From positions 26,064-90,063 of the forward strand of contig CAZDGL010000002.1 in assembly GCA_964505155.1 (NCBI GenBank): DNA of 64,000 nucleotides, written 5' to 3'. The first letter of the stretch is position 1, and each line of letters opens with the position of its first letter. This DNA comes from an uncultured Candidatus Saccharibacteria bacterium (GTDB taxonomy: Bacteria; Patescibacteriota; Minisyncoccia; Phycocordibacterales; UBA9973). Under the pieces are notes generated by a model that saw only the letters and a list, made by a program, of their open reading frames with translations, was not told where the DNA came from and ran no database searches. The translations under genes were made by a program, and so were the position numbers. Below, in pieces: positions 19,227-29,744 of this stretch.

Positions 19227-19343
19227 AATATTATATTTTAAAGTTAAAGAATTTAACTTTAAAATATAATATTACAATTACTATGTCAAGGATACCGAGT
19301 AAATCACCATCCTTGAGTAATCTAAATTTTTAACCTAAAAAAC

Positions 19344-20984
19344 TTATAAAACTTCTTGTATCCTCACTCTCACTCCTCCACGCCAGCCAGCTTCAAGGCT
19401 TCCGACAAATGAAATACTTTCCCCTTCTTTGATTTTCTCTTTCATTTCATCATCTACAAAAAAAGTAAACGCTGTTGCCTTGCCTGTTGCATCTTCAATG
19501 TTACATTCTAGATGTTCTTTGTTTTTGCCAAACATTTTTGTAGAAAGTACTCTCACATTTTCAAATAAAAAACTTGGTGCAATATTGCCAACACCAAAAG
19601 GCGCAAGGGCACGTAGCTTTTGTAAATGTCTAGTCGTCACTATACCTAGAGGCATTGGTATGGCATCAGTATTGTTTTTTTCTTCTGTAACATGATTAAC
19701 TTTTGAAATAGCTGTGTTGAGTTCTTGTTCTAAGAAATGTATCTTTTCTTTGGCAACTGCAAAACCTCCAGCTGCTTGGTGCCCACCGGCATGTAGTAGT
19801 ACTCCTTCAGGGAGAGCTTGGAAGATATAGGCTGCGTGATGCTCATCAAGCATGCGACATGAGCCTTTGATAACTCCATCTCCTGACTCACCCCAGACAA
19901 AGAAGCTCCGACTATATGTTTCTTGGAGCTTGGTAGCCACAAGTCCAAGCACTGCTGGTCGCCATGACAAGTCTCCAAGTACAACTATCTCTGGGAGATC
20001 TCTGCTATCGAGTTTTTTGTGAGCTTCTTTGACTATGCGTGCGACAAGGAGCTTTCTTTCAGCATTTATTTTTTCAAGCTCTTTTACTAAAGCAAGCGCT
20101 CGAGAAGGATTGTCAGTAGAAAGAAGCTCAAAGGCAAGCATAGGGGTATTCATGCGCGAAGCAGCATTTAATCGGGGCGCAACAGTAAAAGTCAGATCGG
20201 TCTCTGTCAGGGCATTCATATCCATCCTCTGCTCTCCAAAAAGCTCTCGCAGTCCAACTCGACGAGTCTTTTTCATAACCATCATGCCATATGTTACAAG
20301 CATTCTGTTCTCTCCCAAGAGTAGCACCATATCTGAAAGAGTCGCAAATCCTACGAGATCAAGCAACCATTTCTCCCAACCTTCTTTGATACCAAACTCT
20401 TCTCGATACTTTTCTAGAAAAGCGCAAACGAGATAAAAAGCGACTCCTGCTCCACACGGATCTTGGTTTGGATACGAGCTTTTTTTCGGATGCACTACCG
20501 CAAGGGCTGATGGATACTCTGCTAATGGCTCGTGGTGATCAGTCACTATGATATCCATCTCTCTACTGCGTGCATCAGCCACTTCAGCGATAGCGGTAAT
20601 ACCAAGATCAACAGTGATGACGAGCGAAACACCTTTGGCTTCAAGTGCATCTATACCTATCTTGCTAAGTCCATAACCTTCATCATGACGATCTGGTATA
20701 TAAACGTGTACTCTATCTTCTACTTTCAAAGCTTTAAATAAATCTAGAAGCACTACTGCTCCTGGTATACCATCACAATCATAGTCCGCATATATGCCTA
20801 TCTGCTCATCACCTTTAACTGCTTTGTAAATGCGCTCAACAGCGACACTCATGTCTTCAAACAAAGACAAATCTCCGAGTTTGTATTCTGGAAACAAAAA
20901 TGCCTTTTTTTGACTTTCATCAAGACCAAGTCTCTCTATCAGTATATCTTGCAACTGATCCGGTGTCGGAATAGTAGGGTTCAT
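19344..20984 (-). CDS. recJ: Single-stranded-DNA-specific exonuclease RecJ
   Basis: DHH motifs IYADYDCDG and VTDHH; DHHA1 region; 546 aa. Confidence 0.85.
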   Translation of the reverse strand: MNPTIPTPDQLQDILIERLGLDESQKKAFLFPEYKLGDLSLFEDMSVAVERIYKAVKGDEQIGIYADYDCDGIPGAVVLLDLFKALKVEDRVHVYIPDRHDEGYGLSKIGIDALEAKGVSLVITVDLGITAIAEVADARSREMDIIVTDHHEPLAEYPSALAVVHPKKSSYPNQDPCGAGVAFYLVCAFLEKYREEFGIKEGWEKWLLDLVGFATLSDMVLLLGENRMLVTYGMMVMKKTRRVGLRELFGEQRMDMNALTETDLTFTVAPRLNAASRMNTPMLAFELLSTDNPSRALALVKELEKINAERKLLVARIVKEAHKKLDSRDLPEIVVLGDLSWRPAVLGLVATKLQETYSRSFFVWGESGDGVIKGSCRMLDEHHAAYIFQALPEGVLLHAGGHQAAGGFAVAKEKIHFLEQELNTAISKVNHVTEEKNNTDAIPMPLGIVTTRHLQKLRALAPFGVGNIAPSFLFENVRVLSTKMFGKNKEHLECNIEDATGKATAFTFFVDDEMKEKIKEGESISFVGSLEAGWRGGVRVRIQEVL

Positions 20985-21274
20985 AGATTTGATTTTACCA
21001 TGATATACTGACCAAATGGATTTACTAATCTCTGTTGGGCTACCTATATTATTAATCTTAATCTGTAGTCTTTCTCTATCAAAAGCAAATTCTAAGGTCC
21101 TTAATCTTTTATTTTGGATTATAATAATTGCCTCTATAGGGTACTTATTATTTATAGGAATAGGAATTATTGCTTTAAAAAGTTTAGCTTAAATAAGACT
21201 AAGTAGTAATACTAAAAAAGATTTTATTAAAATAAAAATCTAAATTAAAAAGGCCAGCAACCGCTGGCCTTTTA

Positions 21275-21910
21275 TTACTGAGCTTGTCTGAGTAAAAGTT
21301 TTCCTTTGCGAAAATTAGGATCCTTTCCCTCAAAATAACAACTCCATCCTGCATGTACCAGCCAAGGCCTTTTGGAAAAAGTCCCTACAAACTCAACCTC
21401 TCCTGTAGGCAACATAAGTGGAAAAAAATTATAACCCTCAAAAAACAAAACTCCATTTTTCTTTTTTTCGTTCTTATGACGATTCAGAATTGAACAAATC
21501 TGTGAATAAGAGAAAGCTTGGGATGCCAAATCATTGGCGGATTTAATGCCTAACTCTTGAAACAGTTCATTAGGTTGGAGTGTGATATTTATATGCACAG
21601 ACTTGATTAAGCAATCTGGCTGAGGTGGTTGATGTTCAAGAACACACCTAACAAATTTATCATAGAGTACTCTATCAATTAATCTTTTCTTCCACAAAAC
21701 TTTTCTAGTTGTCGTCCTTACTGCTGGCAAAAAATAAGGTTTCGAGTCTGGAAAAGTAACTGGTTCAAAGTCTTTAACCTTATTCAAATGTTCAACTAAA
21801 AGCTCTTCGTTTCTAGCCCAAAAAAGTTGTACATTTTTGGGCAATTCTCTTAGTGCAGATATTACAGTTTGGCAAAGCTCAAGTGGTAGTTGATCTATTT
21901 CTGTTTTCAT
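21275..21910 (-). CDS. Hypothetical protein (211 aa)
   Basis: ORF followed by the terminator hairpin GGCCAGCGGTTGCTGGCC at 21253-21272. Confidence 0.45.
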   Translation of the reverse strand: MKTEIDQLPLELCQTVISALRELPKNVQLFWARNEELLVEHLNKVKDFEPVTFPDSKPYFLPAVRTTTRKVLWKKRLIDRVLYDKFVRCVLEHQPPQPDCLIKSVHINITLQPNELFQELGIKSANDLASQAFSYSQICSILNRHKNEKKKNGVLFFEGYNFFPLMLPTGEVEFVGTFSKRPWLVHAGWSCYFEGKDPNFRKGKLLLRQAQ

Positions 21911-21981
21911 AATTTACAATTTTCCTATAATCTACAGGTAAAAATTTATATGTCAATGCAAAAATCATATATAATATAAAA

Positions 21982-22377
21982 ATGGAAAATAACACAATAT
22001 TTGGCAAGATTATTCGGGGTGAGATACCAGCAACCAAGGTTTATGAGGACGAGAAGTTTTTGGCATTTCTCGACATTAACCCTGTAAAAAAAGGTCATAC
22101 CTTGCTTTTGCCTAAAGAGCACTTTGTTTGGGTTCAAGACTTACCAGATGAACTTATCTCTGAAATATTTATAAAAACAAAAGAAATTATTTTAGCAATT
22201 AAAAAAGCTACTTCTTGTGATTATGTCCAGGTTGTTATTGAAGGAATTCAGGTGCCTCATTTTCATATACATCTAATACCGAGTATGAATTTGAAAGAAA
22301 ATGCGAAATGGGAACATGTTTCCTATGAAGAAGGCGAAATAAACTCTTGGGCTGAAAAAATAAAAAATAGTTTATAA
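21982..22377 (+). CDS. HIT-family (histidine triad) nucleotide hydrolase
   Basis: HxHxHxx motif VPHFHIHLIP; 131 aa. Confidence 0.8.
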   Translation: MENNTIFGKIIRGEIPATKVYEDEKFLAFLDINPVKKGHTLLLPKEHFVWVQDLPDELISEIFIKTKEIILAIKKATSCDYVQVVIEGIQVPHFHIHLIPSMNLKENAKWEHVSYEEGEINSWAEKIKNSL

Positions 22378-22517
22378 AATAAAGGCCGGGTAGAAACCCA
22401 GCCTCGTTTTTTGTACCTTCTATGATAACTATCTTAAACTATAGCTTATCTAAGAAAAAAAAGCAAAACCTGACTTAAAGTCAGGTTTTAGAGATATGTT
22501 TGGTTTTTCAATAGTCA

Positions 22518-23633
22518 CTATTTTAGATATTGTATACCTGGAAGTGTACCCTTCGCAAGATACTCGAGAGTTGCTCCACCACCAGTAGAGACAAAAACAT
22601 TTTTGGAATTACCAGCTATTTTTTCAACAAGAGCTCCAGTGTCCCCGCCTCCAACAACAGCAAAGCCTTTATTCTTTGCTACCTCTTGTGCCAAATCTTT
22701 TGTGGCTTTTACAAAGCCTTTTTCATACCAACCAGTTGGACCGTTCCAAACAATGAGTTTGGATTTTTGTATTTTTTGTTTTATGAGATCTGTACTTTGT
22801 TTGCCAATATCCACTATCACATCGCCTTTTTGCACTTCATTGGCCATTACAAGTTTCTTGGCACCAGAGCGAAGTACAATGACATCGACAGGAAGTAAAA
22901 GGTTTGGCAAAGAAAGTAGTTTTTTTATCTCTCTTTCATAACCCTCTTCTACTACAGAGCTCCCTACCTCAAAACCAGCAGTCTTATAAAAAGAGTTGAG
23001 TATTGCTCCACAAACAACTATTTGGTCAGCACTTGTAGCAAACCTTTTTATCAAGGGGATTTTGGTAGCAAACTTTGCTCCACCCAAAATAAAAAGAAAT
23101 GGATGCTTTTTGATAGTCAAAAGACTTGAAAGATTCTTGATTTCCTTTTCCATCTGTATACCAGCATAACTAGGCAGATACTTTGCTACCCCTACCACAC
23201 TTGCATGTTTTCGATGTGAGACAGAAAAAGCATCGTTTACATATACATCTCCGAGCTTTGATAATGCCTTGGCAAATTTTGGATCGTTTTTTTCTTCACC
23301 TTCATAGTGACGAATGTTTTCAAATAAAACAACTGTGTCTTTTTCTATTTGTCCTAAATCTTCTGTTATATCTTTAACAAATTTAACCTTGAAATACTTG
23401 GCCAAAAACTTGGCAATTGGAGCAAGAGACGCTGAAGCATCACCCAAATGAGCCAAAAGCCTTACTTGGAAACCTTTTTTTTGTAAAGTCCTGATAGTTT
23501 CAAAGGATGCTTCTATACGCCTAGTATCCAAAATCTTGTTGCCTTTCATTGGCACATTGTAGTCGACACGCACAAGAACTCTTTGTAATGAATTTTTTTG
23601 TTTTGTTGGTTTTAAATCTTTTAGAGTTTGCAT
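22518..23633 (-). CDS. pgk: Phosphoglycerate kinase
   Basis: 371 aa; ...VRVDYNVP...; GGGA/GGGD nucleotide-binding motifs in the C-terminal half; adjacent to tpiA. Confidence 0.9.
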   Translation of the reverse strand: MQTLKDLKPTKQKNSLQRVLVRVDYNVPMKGNKILDTRRIEASFETIRTLQKKGFQVRLLAHLGDASASLAPIAKFLAKYFKVKFVKDITEDLGQIEKDTVVLFENIRHYEGEEKNDPKFAKALSKLGDVYVNDAFSVSHRKHASVVGVAKYLPSYAGIQMEKEIKNLSSLLTIKKHPFLFILGGAKFATKIPLIKRFATSADQIVVCGAILNSFYKTAGFEVGSSVVEEGYEREIKKLLSLPNLLLPVDVIVLRSGAKKLVMANEVQKGDVIVDIGKQSTDLIKQKIQKSKLIVWNGPTGWYEKGFVKATKDLAQEVAKNKGFAVVGGGDTGALVEKIAGNSKNVFVSTGGGATLEYLAKGTLPGIQYLK

Positions 23634-23634
23634 A

Positions 23635-24396
23635 TTAAGAAATCATTGATAAAGCTTTCATAAGAGAGGTAAATCTTTTGGCATCCAGACTAACTCTGCC
23701 CACCAAAAGCCCTTGGGCTCCACCTTCAAGTATAAAAGCTGGAGCATTTTGTTCATTTACTGATCCGCCGTACAAAATGTTGATGTTTTTTGCTGTTTTT
23801 TCGTCTTTGATATCAGCAATAACTTTACGTATGAACATTATCATTTCTCGAGATTCAGCTACCGTTGCTTCTCGAGCAGCATTTTTTCCTATTGCCCAAA
23901 CTGGTTCATAAGCAAAGACGAGTTTTTTGACTTGGTTTTTAGCGACACCTAGGACTACCTTTTCAACTTGTTCTTTTACAGAACTAAGATACCAACCATG
24001 GCCATCACGCTCCTTCTCCCCTACACAAACTATAGGAGTGATGTTTTTTTGTAAAAGAGAAACTGTAGAAGCAAGGATTTGTTCATCATTTTCACCCCGA
24101 GCTCTGACTTCTGAGTGCCCAACTATACAGTGGTTTGCTCCATAACTCTTTAACATAGCAGAGTTTATAAGGCCAGTTTGTGCAATCTCTTCACTGGGCG
24201 CGACTGACTGTCCTCCAAAACAAACATTGGTCTTTATGTTTTTAATCAAAGCTGGCAAATGTATAGCTGGAGCACAAACAACAGTGGTGATGCTTTTTTT
24301 GTAAGCTTTGGCTGATAGCGAGATTTTTTTGGCGAGATTTATGGCTTCAGTATCTTTGTTTGGCGCCATTTTCCAGTTTCCAACAAGTAATATCAT
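23635..24396 (-). CDS. tpiA: Triosephosphate isomerase
   Basis: MILLVGNWKM start; AYEPVWAIG and GGSV motifs. Confidence 0.9.
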   Translation of the reverse strand: MILLVGNWKMAPNKDTEAINLAKKISLSAKAYKKSITTVVCAPAIHLPALIKNIKTNVCFGGQSVAPSEEIAQTGLINSAMLKSYGANHCIVGHSEVRARGENDEQILASTVSLLQKNITPIVCVGEKERDGHGWYLSSVKEQVEKVVLGVAKNQVKKLVFAYEPVWAIGKNAAREATVAESREMIMFIRKVIADIKDEKTAKNINILYGGSVNEQNAPAFILEGGAQGLLVGRVSLDAKRFTSLMKALSMIS

Positions 24397-24424
24397 TTTG
24401 ATATTATAGCATGTCCAAAAACCC

Positions 24425-25906
24425 TTAGCTTTCAAGCTCTTCCCAGAGAATTATCTGATATTTGTCTGAGGCGAGAGGAAAGTTTGGTGGCGGAGCATAA
24501 AGAAGATTTGTATCATAAGTAATAACACGATCGTCATAACCAGTGCCGTCTGTATAAGCAAAACCATAACGACCATTTGTACCCAACATCCCATAAAGAG
24601 AAATGCTGTTTCTATAAACATTTACACCGCAACGATTTGTTCCTCCGCCATTTGTTGGTGGGTCATAATAATACCTACCGATGCGTCCATTTTGAGCAAC
24701 TAAGGCTGCATCTATTTGCAAGTTATTGTCTGAAAATAACCCTACATTTATATTGTTTTGGGCAATTAAGGCGATAACGTCTGTCCCATCATAGTTTGTA
24801 TACTTCAAATCATTATTAACTGTTATATTTTTTCGGGTTGCAACAGTGTCTGGGAACCTAGCAGCCGCGATAGTGACTCTTGCCGAATTTATTTGTCCCT
24901 CAACCCATAGATTATCTTCCACAAAGATAAGTCCGTTGGCAGGGATAGCATAGTTGGCTAGCAAAGTTTTTGCTCCAACACTCCAAGACCCCCATGTAGA
25001 GTCACTTGTTACATCAGAACAACCACTAGGTGGAGCGGTCAAACTTGTAACACGATATAAATCAAAAGTATCATTGGTCTTTAAAACTATTTGGTATCCT
25101 TGATATCCTGAAGGGGCAAAATATCTACCAGAAGAAACTGCCTGAGTTTTTATGGTTGCCAAATCGTTAGTAATACCTGCAAAATCAGCCGCTGGTACAG
25201 GAAAAGTTCTACCTGCCTTAAAAACATCATTTCTGTTTGCCAAAGTTGAAGGTGGGGCTTCTGCTGGGCGAAAACTATTGTTAACACTTGTACTTCCAGT
25301 ATTAACATGGGTATGAACACCAAACTCTACTGCACCACTATGATCAGGATCATCATAACTGGTCTTTGAGCTTGTAATTTGGTTCCAAATAACACCATCA
25401 AATCTTATTCCTCCATTTGAATGAATAGGTCCATAAACAACAGTCCCCTCACCAAAGCGCATATCAGCATTTGCTAAAACAGAGTATTTGGCTAGAGAAG
25501 GGATAGCTAGATTGACATTTATGCTTCGAGTTACAGTAGGATCTGCAAGTGTTGCTCCTGTTGATTTTACCTTAACCAAGGTTGAACCAGACGGAGGAGG
25601 TGTAACAGTTAGTGTATAAGAGCCTATCTGGTTTCCGTCTTTGTCATTAAAAGGGTATACATATGGACTAGCACCATTATTACCCAGTGTGTAACCAGTT
25701 TGGTAGTGAGCCAAATACCAGCGAGCATACTCAATCCCAGCTTCAGCTATCTGTAGTGCCAACTCTCTTGATTGAACTCTTTTGGCCAATCTTGAGCTTG
25801 TACTAGCCCAAGAAACAAAAGCAGTTATAGTAACAATACTAACTGCTGAAAAAACAAGAACTCCTATCAATAAAAAACCTTTTTGTTGTTTATTTTTTTT
25901 AAACAT
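24425..25906 (-). CDS. Type IV pilus assembly protein PilX-like minor pilin
   Basis: PilX_N-type N-terminus QKGFLLIGVLVFSAV...LALQIAEAGIEYA; 493 aa. Confidence 0.65.
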   Translation of the reverse strand: MFKKNKQQKGFLLIGVLVFSAVSIVTITAFVSWASTSSRLAKRVQSRELALQIAEAGIEYARWYLAHYQTGYTLGNNGASPYVYPFNDKDGNQIGSYTLTVTPPPSGSTLVKVKSTGATLADPTVTRSINVNLAIPSLAKYSVLANADMRFGEGTVVYGPIHSNGGIRFDGVIWNQITSSKTSYDDPDHSGAVEFGVHTHVNTGSTSVNNSFRPAEAPPSTLANRNDVFKAGRTFPVPAADFAGITNDLATIKTQAVSSGRYFAPSGYQGYQIVLKTNDTFDLYRVTSLTAPPSGCSDVTSDSTWGSWSVGAKTLLANYAIPANGLIFVEDNLWVEGQINSARVTIAAARFPDTVATRKNITVNNDLKYTNYDGTDVIALIAQNNINVGLFSDNNLQIDAALVAQNGRIGRYYYDPPTNGGGTNRCGVNVYRNSISLYGMLGTNGRYGFAYTDGTGYDDRVITYDTNLLYAPPPNFPLASDKYQIILWEELES

Positions 25907-25908
25907 GA

Positions 25909-26556
25909 TTATTGTTGAACTTTTAAGTTACGTATTGCAACTTGTGTACTAACCTCAACAGTAGTTGGTGACTGATTTGGATCTGGATCAAGTCTTATTT
26001 TAACACTAATAAGTCTAATACTCGAAAGTGAGCCAGTTGTAGGAGAGACTACTCCGCCACTACCTCCAGTATAAGTACTGTCATAATAAGTAAAAACTGG
26101 TATACCATCTGTAATATTGCGAACACCTGTCATAAAAGTTTTTGTTATTTTGTTTGCAGAATTATAAGTCAAAGGATTGCCTGATGGTTTTATTGTTTCT
26201 TTGGAAAGTGTTGTGCCAGATAGTGTGTACTTGACCCACTCTTTTAGTCCGTCATTATCAATATCGCTATAAAAAGAAAAACTATTGTCTGCTATTGAGT
26301 CTATCGGGTAAGCACCGTTACTAGAAGGACTAGCCGACCTAATCTCTGCTGTCATCGGACGAAGAAGTTTTTGAGCACTATCCCCAACAGAAAGACTGTT
26401 ACTAAAATACCTGTTGAAAGAAAAAACGTCTCCTTGAAACTTAGAAATAGTGATTCCTAAAACTCCGACAATGGCCATAACTACAAGAACCTCTATAAAA
26501 GTATATCCGCCACTAAAGATCTTTTTTCTTTTATGGGTTGAGCTGTATTGTTTCAT
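25909..26556 (-). CDS. Prepilin-type N-terminal cleavage/methylation domain protein (minor pilin)
   Basis: GGYTFIEVLVVMAIVGVLG class III signal peptide. Confidence 0.75.
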   Translation of the reverse strand: MKQYSSTHKRKKIFSGGYTFIEVLVVMAIVGVLGITISKFQGDVFSFNRYFSNSLSVGDSAQKLLRPMTAEIRSASPSSNGAYPIDSIADNSFSFYSDIDNDGLKEWVKYTLSGTTLSKETIKPSGNPLTYNSANKITKTFMTGVRNITDGIPVFTYYDSTYTGGSGGVVSPTTGSLSSIRLISVKIRLDPDPNQSPTTVEVSTQVAIRNLKVQQ

Positions 26557-28318
26557 AAGTATTACTATCTATTGTAATTGTTTTCTCCGAAGTAGTATAG
26601 CCACTCTTGCTGACAGTAACAGTATAACTACCAGAAGAAAGTCCTGAGAAGTCTATCTGCCCTGGTGGTAAACATCCAGAAGTGTAAGTGATGGCTATAT
26701 CACTGATACTAGGAGTAAAAGAAGTATCATCTGTTGATAGTATTGCCTTATACCTTACATATCTATCACCATTGTGAATATCAGCTATATCGCTAGTTGG
26801 ATTTGTATAGTAGCTACTATCTGTTCCGTCTGGTCCCAAAAAGTCCCAGGTAGCATTATCGTTGTTGGTTGCAATTTGAAATTTTACTGACTGAGAACCT
26901 GTTTGAGCTGGCTGGTTTATAGGGCTCCAAGAGAGTTGTTGAAATACCGATGCCTCTCCAAGATCGATACTAGAAGATACGAGCTCTCCACTACTTATAT
27001 AACTAGCTCCTAAAAGTAAAAGCTCTAACTCTCCTTGGTTGGTAGAATAATCGACCCCTCCATCAGTACTAAAGAACATTGCTTGGTCTGTATAATTATC
27101 TTGTCCACTGCCTCCAATCCAACTTGTTTGAGAAACAGATCCTACACTGGTTTGATTTGTAAATGTACCAGAAGGACCAGAGACACTAACATCGGCACCA
27201 GCAACAGGAAGCCCGGCAACATCGGAGGCAGCGACAACCAATCGACTACCTGAGGTAGCGGGTTTTAGGGTTAAAGTGACCTGTTGACTTGATCCTGGAG
27301 AGATAGATAATGGGAAAATAGGATTTGTGCCTGCGATATCATAACTAGTACCAGAGAGTTCTACGTTATAAGTATCCCATTCTATATTTGCAATATTGTT
27401 GGAGGCGCTACTTAAACTAAAAGGAATTGTATTTTTTATAACGTCTGGATTTGTTCCAATGATTTTTGAACCTACTAGATTGCCACTCTCACCTGTGATG
27501 CTAGAGCACTGAGCAGATTGACCTTTTAGATCTATAGAGCTTGATTGGTCTATAGCAAAAGTACCTTGGCTTACAGTGTTGGCCACAATAGTTATGTGCG
27601 GTTTTGTTGGGTTTGGGTTACCGACACCACCTACAACATAAGTTTGCTCAGAAGAATATCCATTTTTTGTAACAGTAATATGATAACTCTCTGTAGAAGG
27701 TGGAGCATCAACGATAGTCAAAACACCAAAACTATCTGTGATATCGGTAAAATCAATAGCTGGATTGAGGGTGTCGTTTTGTATTCGTATAGTTGCATTT
27801 TGTACTGGCAAACCACTTGCATCGATAACTTTTATAACCAAAGCACCGTTTCCATTTTCTGTTTCCAAACTCTTGGGAGCAACGTTTGTTGTGTACTCTA
27901 TAGAAGTCTGGCTTTTGCAATCAACACAAGCGACTTCTATAACTACCAGCTTATTATCTGCAGGAGAAAGATCGTTAGGATTACCGCCCAATGTGCCATC
28001 TGCTGGTAGGTCTATGTTACGTATTGTTGTATTGACAACAAAACTAACACCGGCCCTTGAGATTGTCTTTGAAGCTGGGACAACACCAAGAGGAATACCA
28101 GAGACTATCCCAACGTCTGAGTATTGTAGGTTGCGGATAAACTCTATTTGTTCACTAGCAATCTGGTTGGCAATAGTTTTTATTCTGATTCGAGCAGAGA
28201 TCTCAATAACTTTTGCATAAAGCTGATATATCGCCAAAGAAAAAACAACAAAAAATGCCGCCGCAACCAATTTCTCTATTAAAGTTGTCCCTGCTTGATG
28301 ATTCTTACTCTTTATCAT
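26531..28318 (-). CDS. Large prepilin-like pseudopilin (595 aa)
   Basis: N-terminus AGTTLIEKLVAAAFFVVF, followed by a long Ser/Thr/Gly-rich beta-type extracellular region. Confidence 0.65.
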   Translation of the reverse strand: MIKSKNHQAGTTLIEKLVAAAFFVVFSLAIYQLYAKVIEISARIRIKTIANQIASEQIEFIRNLQYSDVGIVSGIPLGVVPASKTISRAGVSFVVNTTIRNIDLPADGTLGGNPNDLSPADNKLVVIEVACVDCKSQTSIEYTTNVAPKSLETENGNGALVIKVIDASGLPVQNATIRIQNDTLNPAIDFTDITDSFGVLTIVDAPPSTESYHITVTKNGYSSEQTYVVGGVGNPNPTKPHITIVANTVSQGTFAIDQSSSIDLKGQSAQCSSITGESGNLVGSKIIGTNPDVIKNTIPFSLSSASNNIANIEWDTYNVELSGTSYDIAGTNPIFPLSISPGSSQQVTLTLKPATSGSRLVVAASDVAGLPVAGADVSVSGPSGTFTNQTSVGSVSQTSWIGGSGQDNYTDQAMFFSTDGGVDYSTNQGELELLLLGASYISSGELVSSSIDLGEASVFQQLSWSPINQPAQTGSQSVKFQIATNNDNATWDFLGPDGTDSSYYTNPTSDIADIHNGDRYVRYKAILSTDDTSFTPSISDIAITYTSGCLPPGQIDFSGLSSGSYTVTVSKSGYTTSEKTITIDSNTYETIQLNP

Positions 28319-28323
28319 AAAAA

Positions 28324-29541
28324 CTATTTTATAGAGTCCATTATGGAGTACATCGGGGAGAGCATTGAAACAGCAAAGAATCCAACTGCCACTCCGATAA
28401 ATATCATAAGGACTGGTTCTATGATAGTAGAGAGGTCTTTGGTTTTGCTATCCACCTCTCCTTCATAAAATGTCGCCACATCTAGAAGCATACTACCGAG
28501 CTTTCCTGTCTCTTCACCGACCTCTATCATCTCTCCGACCATGACTGGATAGATTTTGGTATTTTCTTTGAAGATACTAGACATAGTGCCCCCTTTTTCT
28601 ATAGCTAAAGAAATATCATCCATGACTTTTTTATAATAAACATTTTGCAAAACTTCCTTGGTTATAGATATGGCCCGACCGATATTTACCCCCGAAGATA
28701 GTAGTGAGCTCATGGTTCTAGTTGTTCTAGCTGCATTCATTTCTTTTATTATTACACCGACAACAGGTAGTCTAACGACAAGCCAATCTATAGCCTTTTT
28801 GGTTCTTGGTATCTTCAAGATCATTATTACAATAAAAACTATAAAGATTATCCCCGCAACTAGTAAGAGCAAATGGTTGGAAATGAGATCACTGAGACCT
28901 ATAACAAACTTGGTAGATGAAGGAAGTTCTGTGCCGAGCTCTTTGAAAGTTTTGGTAAGAGTAGGTACCACATAAATAAACATCAGTATTCCAATAATAA
29001 AAATAGCTGCCAAAATAATACTCGGATACATCATGGCGCTTTTGACTTTTTTGTTCAAAGCGTAGCTTTTTTCAAGGTTTATACCTATCTCTGTCAGAGT
29101 ACTTGGCAATCCACCGGACTCTTCTCCTGCTCTAACCATCGAAACAAAGAGGGCTGAGAAGACTTTGGGATACTTGGCTAGTCCATCCGAAAAAGTCCCT
29201 CCGCGATCGATAGTCTCTGAAAGAGTTTGTATCACCTTTTGCAAAAATTTATTTTTGGTTTGACGAGACAAAACAGACAAAGCTCTAGTGAGAGGTAGTC
29301 CAGCCTTAAGCATTCCCGAGAGGTTTTTGGTAAAGAGAATCTTTTCACTAAGCTTAACCTTCCCGCCTCCGATAGAAAAAGACCCGAGCTTGGACAAAAA
29401 TCCGTTTGAAGTTTGATTAACAAAAAGCGGAACAACACCAAGATTGCGAAGTTCATTTATAGCCTCTACTCTATCTCGCGCCTCAACAATGCCTGTTGCT
29501 ATAGCTCCTTCTTTATTTCTTCCTTTATAAGAAAATTTCAT
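28324..29541 (-). CDS. pilC: Type IV pilus platform protein PilC (GspF family)
   Basis: 405 aa with duplicated GspF domains and three transmembrane segments. Confidence 0.85.
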   Translation of the reverse strand: MKFSYKGRNKEGAIATGIVEARDRVEAINELRNLGVVPLFVNQTSNGFLSKLGSFSIGGGKVKLSEKILFTKNLSGMLKAGLPLTRALSVLSRQTKNKFLQKVIQTLSETIDRGGTFSDGLAKYPKVFSALFVSMVRAGEESGGLPSTLTEIGINLEKSYALNKKVKSAMMYPSIILAAIFIIGILMFIYVVPTLTKTFKELGTELPSSTKFVIGLSDLISNHLLLLVAGIIFIVFIVIMILKIPRTKKAIDWLVVRLPVVGVIIKEMNAARTTRTMSSLLSSGVNIGRAISITKEVLQNVYYKKVMDDISLAIEKGGTMSSIFKENTKIYPVMVGEMIEVGEETGKLGSMLLDVATFYEGEVDSKTKDLSTIIEPVLMIFIGVAVGFFAVSMLSPMYSIMDSIK

Positions 29542-29744
29542 TCTTATATTGTATCAAATATTTAGTTTGTTTGTGAGTAAGGAATATTTTTTAGAACACC
29601 CTTTTGGCGAGCTCAGGACGAGTATTATCAAATTCGGATCAAAATATATATAAAAAATACACTAAGACAATCCTAATAAAGAAATTTTTTTAAAGCGTAT
29701 GTATACCATTAAAAAGAAAAAGGCCTCAATAGAGGCCTTTAATA

